DNA from: an uncultured Eggerthellaceae bacterium
GTDB lineage: Bacteria; Actinomycetota; Coriobacteriia; Coriobacteriales; Eggerthellaceae
NCBI GenBank assembly: GCA_934623455.1
Contig: CAKTVK010000001.1
Span: 1-57,660 of the forward strand
DNA length: 57,660 bases
Direction: 5' to 3'
In this document: positions 54,484 to 57,660 of the stretch, piece after piece
How positions within the stretch are numbered: position 1 is the stretch's first letter
How the letters are laid out: every line of letters starts with the position of its first letter
Program-made: the position numbers and the translations under genes
The notes under the pieces: generated by a model
What the model saw: only the letters and a program-made list of their open reading frames with translations
What the model was told of the DNA's origin: nothing
The model's database searches: none

Positions 54484-56943
54484 ATGGGGAAGCCGAACAT
54501 CGTCCTGTCGATAGAGCCGACATCCCGTCCCTTCGCGCCCGTCGGCGGTGGCGGTGACGCGAAGAGGGCGAAGCGTTCCGTTGCTGAGCATGCCGCGAAG
54601 CTGAGCGCCGAGCTCGCCCATGCTGCTGCTGAAGACAAAGCCGCCGAGGCAAGGGGCGGTTCATACCTCACCTTCACGAGCGCCGAGGGCTTCGACCTCG
54701 AGGTCGACAGCTTGGAGAACAAGCCCGGCAAGATCGTTGTGCTGAATTCGTCTCGCGACGAGAAGAGCGGCGTGATGACGGCGACGGTCTTTGTACCCAC
54801 GAAGAAATCCGAGTTCTTCAGTGACCGAGTTGCGCAGTATGGCGACCCTGCACAGAAGACAAAGAAGGGCAAACCCAAGAACGAGAAGCTTGTCGAGAGC
54901 ATCGAAGCTGTCAAGAAAGCAAGCGTTAGGGATTTGTGGGACGGTCCAGCCGACGAGTTCCCCGGTGCGCTTCCCAAATGGTGCGAGCTTTGGCTCGACG
55001 TGTTTGCTGTGGAGTATGCCGAGCTCAACCTCCGTCTCGAACGCGCGTGCCACGAAATCGGCATCACTCTTTCGAAGGAAGAGCTTGTTTTCCCTGAGGT
55101 GGCCGTGCGCATGCTCAGGGCCGACGGATCGGGCCTGCAGAGACTGTTCGACGATGTGGGGTACATTGAGTCCATTCGGCCCTGCGGCATCCCCGTTTCC
55201 GAGATAACCAACCTCGACGCCAGGAGCCAGAGGGAGTTCGTCAACGACATGGCCGACCGCCTATCTACCGAATTGGGCGATACATCGGTGTGCGTTCTCG
55301 ACTCCGGAGTGAATCGGGCGCACCCGCTTCTGGCCCCGGTCGTTGACGACGAATCAGTGTTGTCGGCAGACCCTGCGTGGTCTGGCCTGGACGTCAACGG
55401 CCACGGAACGGAGATGGCGGGCGTTGCCGCCCATGGCGATTTGAGGCGGCACTTCGAATCCAGAGATGGGTTCCTCGCTCGTCATGCGGTCGAATCGGTC
55501 GAGATACTGCCGCCCAAAGGCGAGAACGAGGAGCACTTGTATGGGGCCATCACCCACGACGCCGTTTACGTTGCGGAAATCGAGCGTCCAGCCCGAAGGC
55601 GCGCGTTCTGCATGGCGGTCACCGAGGGAAAGGAGCATGAAGACGGCAGGCCCTCCGCATGGTCGGCCGAAATCGATAGCCTCGCTTCGGGGGCCGGAGA
55701 AGACGATGATGGAAAACGTCTTTTCCTCATCAGTGCCGGTAATATTCAACCCTCGGAATTCAGGAATATGGATTCTTATGCAGAGTGCAACATGATGCAC
55801 TCTGTCCAGAGCCCCGCCGAGGCGTGGAACGCGCTGACAGTCGGCGCGTACGTAGGCGACGACGCCCGCATTGTTGAGCGTGGTGCCGAGGGGTGGCATG
55901 CCGCCGTCGAGCCCGGATCGCTGGCGCCTCACAGTAGAACTTCCGTCTTGTGGGATGGCTCGTGGCCCATCAAACCCGAGATATGCCTCGTTGGCGGCAA
56001 TGTTGCGGCAGATGGTTTCGGCAATCATATGGATGTCGACGACCTTGGCGTGCTTACCACGAGCAAGGATATCCCTCGATTCTATTTCGATGCTCTTCAT
56101 GCGACAAGCGCCGCTACGGGATCAGCTTCTTGGATGGCTGCGGAAGTCATGCGCGCGAATCCCAGTTTGTGGCCCGAGACCGTGAGGGCGCTGCTTGTGC
56201 ACTCCGCTCGTTGGACCGACCAAATGAAGAAAGACTTCCTTTCCGATGGCGATTCGACCAAAACGGGCCGGAGGAATCTGCTGAGGTCGTGCGGGTGGGG
56301 CGTGCCGAGCCTCGAACGCGCATTGGAATCGCTGGACAACCGGGTGAACCTGATTGTCCAGAGGGAGATGACGCCTTTCACCGAGGACGGCAAGCTCAAT
56401 GAGATGCACCTTTACGAGCTGCCCTGGCCACAGGAGGAACTGCTCAAGTTAGCGGACAAACAGGCGGAACTGCGCGTGACGCTTTCATATTTTGTGGAGC
56501 CCAACCCCAGCGCCAGGGGGCGATCGACGAAGTTCCAATACCAGTCCTTGGGGCTCAGGTTCCAGGTGAACGGCAGCACCCAGACGGCCGATGACCTTCT
56601 GAGGTCGGTCAACAAGAAGGCCCGGGATGAAGCCGGAGGCGACAACGGCGGCAACAACGGATCTGTGGATTGGTATCTGGGCCAGCAAATGCGAGATGTC
56701 GGGTCCATCCACAGCGATTTCAAGGTCATGAGCGCCGCTGAGCTCGCAAACGCGCGGTACATAGCGGTTTACCCCGTCGGAGGTTGGTGGTCGCATCGCC
56801 TGGCCCTGAGAAAAGCCGGATGCACGGTGCGCTATTCGCTCGTCGTTTCCATCGAGACACCAGGCGTCGAAGCCGACCTGTATACTGAGATCGTCAGCAA
56901 AATTCCTGTTTCCATTGCGACGCCTGTTCCCAGGCTGGCTTGA
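54484..56943 (+). CDS. ietS: S8 (subtilisin-like) serine peptidase with an N-terminal region of about 260 aa of unknown function, IetS-like
   Basis: Asp motif VCVLDSGVN, His motif NGHGTEMAGVAA, oxyanion Asn LISAGN and Ser motif LHATSAATGSASWMAA. The ATG directly abuts the ATPase stop (TAAATG). Confidence 0.75.
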   Translation: MGKPNIVLSIEPTSRPFAPVGGGGDAKRAKRSVAEHAAKLSAELAHAAAEDKAAEARGGSYLTFTSAEGFDLEVDSLENKPGKIVVLNSSRDEKSGVMTATVFVPTKKSEFFSDRVAQYGDPAQKTKKGKPKNEKLVESIEAVKKASVRDLWDGPADEFPGALPKWCELWLDVFAVEYAELNLRLERACHEIGITLSKEELVFPEVAVRMLRADGSGLQRLFDDVGYIESIRPCGIPVSEITNLDARSQREFVNDMADRLSTELGDTSVCVLDSGVNRAHPLLAPVVDDESVLSADPAWSGLDVNGHGTEMAGVAAHGDLRRHFESRDGFLARHAVESVEILPPKGENEEHLYGAITHDAVYVAEIERPARRRAFCMAVTEGKEHEDGRPSAWSAEIDSLASGAGEDDDGKRLFLISAGNIQPSEFRNMDSYAECNMMHSVQSPAEAWNALTVGAYVGDDARIVERGAEGWHAAVEPGSLAPHSRTSVLWDGSWPIKPEICLVGGNVAADGFGNHMDVDDLGVLTTSKDIPRFYFDALHATSAATGSASWMAAEVMRANPSLWPETVRALLVHSARWTDQMKKDFLSDGDSTKTGRRNLLRSCGWGVPSLERALESLDNRVNLIVQREMTPFTEDGKLNEMHLYELPWPQEELLKLADKQAELRVTLSYFVEPNPSARGRSTKFQYQSLGLRFQVNGSTQTADDLLRSVNKKARDEAGGDNGGNNGSVDWYLGQQMRDVGSIHSDFKVMSAAELANARYIAVYPVGGWWSHRLALRKAGCTVRYSLVVSIETPGVEADLYTEIVSKIPVSIATPVPRLA

Positions 56944-57027
56944 TAGAGCTCGCTCCTTGAGTCCGCTACGCCGCTTGACCGTTTCCGCGGGCTCGGCGGC
57001 GTTGTTTCAGACGAGTGGGAGGAACTT

Positions 57028-57588
57028 GTGGTTAAGAACTTTTTTGTTGTATGCGGAGTTTGCGGTTGCGCCTATCGGATACGCGTGCAGGCGGGATACG
57101 TGAACAACTACTCGGCGAGCTTTCACTGCACGCAATGCGGCAACAGGATAGACGGGGCGGTTCATCTTGACCCGAGCTGCGCCCTGGTTGATTTCAGACT
57201 GGGCGACGGCTCTGTTGCCTCATTGACCGATAGCGCGGAAAACGTTCGTGCTCTGGTGGAGCTTTCCGGAGAGTTGCCCTCGTTCAAGATGAGCTCTGCC
57301 GACTGTGGGTGCATGATAAGTCCTTATATGCGGGCTGCAAGTGTGTTCAGATTCGATGAGCTCAAAGAGCATATAAGCGAATTGGAGTTCTGCCTCGACT
57401 ATTACCGCACCGATTGGTCGACGGTAAGAACCGCCCTTCAGCTTTTCAACGACGAAAACGACGGCTTTGCTGCGGAGATGCTTTTGCGATGCGAGAAGAA
57501 GCTGCTCGAGGAAGACTGCAGCGAGCGGCCATTGCTGAACCGCATCTACTGTTTTTCGTGGACCGGGCTTCCTATGGTTGCCGAGTAA
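57028..57588 (+). CDS. hypothetical protein with an N-terminal zinc ribbon (CxxC..CxxC)
   Basis: GTG start 6 nt after GGGAGG. The N-terminus reads VVCGVCGCAYRIRV..FHCTQCGNRI. I recognised no family. Confidence 0.55.
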   Translation: MVKNFFVVCGVCGCAYRIRVQAGYVNNYSASFHCTQCGNRIDGAVHLDPSCALVDFRLGDGSVASLTDSAENVRALVELSGELPSFKMSSADCGCMISPYMRAASVFRFDELKEHISELEFCLDYYRTDWSTVRTALQLFNDENDGFAAEMLLRCEKKLLEEDCSERPLLNRIYCFSWTGLPMVAE

Positions 57589-57619
57589 ACGTCAAAACAA
57601 CCGCGTAGGATAGATAATC

Positions 57620-57652
57620 GGACCCCTCCCGAGTGTATTTCGGGAGGGGTCC
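57620..57652 (+). terminator. strong hairpin after the zinc-ribbon gene
   Basis: Perfect 13-bp stem GGACCCCTCCCGA / TCGGGAGGGGTCC with a 7-nt loop. The T tract is weak (TGCCATTT) and the window ends 8 nt later. Confidence 0.55.
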
Positions 57653-57660
57653 TGCCATTT

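Noticed and set aside
1-57660. tRNA, rRNA, integrase, transposase or prophage structural genes as explanations for the accessory blocks.
   Set aside because: I recognised none in any frame or intergenic region. Mobility of the islets therefore rests only on composition and repeat evidence.

Overview
The window is a chromosomal segment from a moderately high-GC Gram-positive anaerobe. Gene content suggests Actinobacteria, probably Coriobacteriia/Eggerthellaceae-like: a Tat-exported DmsCAB-type molybdoenzyme, ThyX, a TopA with a Lys/Ala-rich tail, DapL/DapF and type III glutamine synthetase. That assignment is inference only. Positions 1-36100 are mostly core housekeeping: an SPFH protein, a dmsC-A-B-type reductase operon, a TorD chaperone coupled to a radical SAM gene, uppP, pcrA, thyX, topA, split class I fumarate hydratase, tmk-holB-PSP1, pncB, degV, purF, dapL, dapF and glnN. 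This core is interrupted at about 14.9-17.5 kb by an AT-rich islet. The islet carries a Fic-domain gene and an AAA-ATPase/PD-(D/E)xK (DUF4143-type) gene, preceded by three phased 18-bp repeats. From about 36.1 kb to the end the window is accessory DNA. It starts with a decayed junction: an ABC-ATPase remnant, a 173-bp element with 33-bp terminal inverted repeats, and a HigA-like HTH gene with a truncated toxin, flanked by 37-bp direct repeats. A 15-kb Wzx/Wzy-type surface polysaccharide locus follows (37.8-52.8 kb). It contains an L-FucNAc pathway (fnlABC-like), a fused WecA-like/WbuB-like transferase, glycosyltransferases, a G9-tract O-acetyltransferase, a pyruvyl transferase and a FrhB-like Fe-S protein. 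The locus is compositionally mosaic, with an abrupt GC jump inside fnlC. The window ends with an AAA+ ATPase plus S8 subtilase pair that has the IetAS (Gao_Iet) anti-phage architecture, followed by an uncharacterised zinc-ribbon gene. I found no rRNA, tRNA or CRISPR array. The best candidates for something undescribed are the Fic + ATPase-nuclease islet with its phased repeats, the extra gene behind the IetAS-like pair, and the TorD-coupled radical SAM enzyme. All functional calls come from motif recognition by eye; no database search was run.
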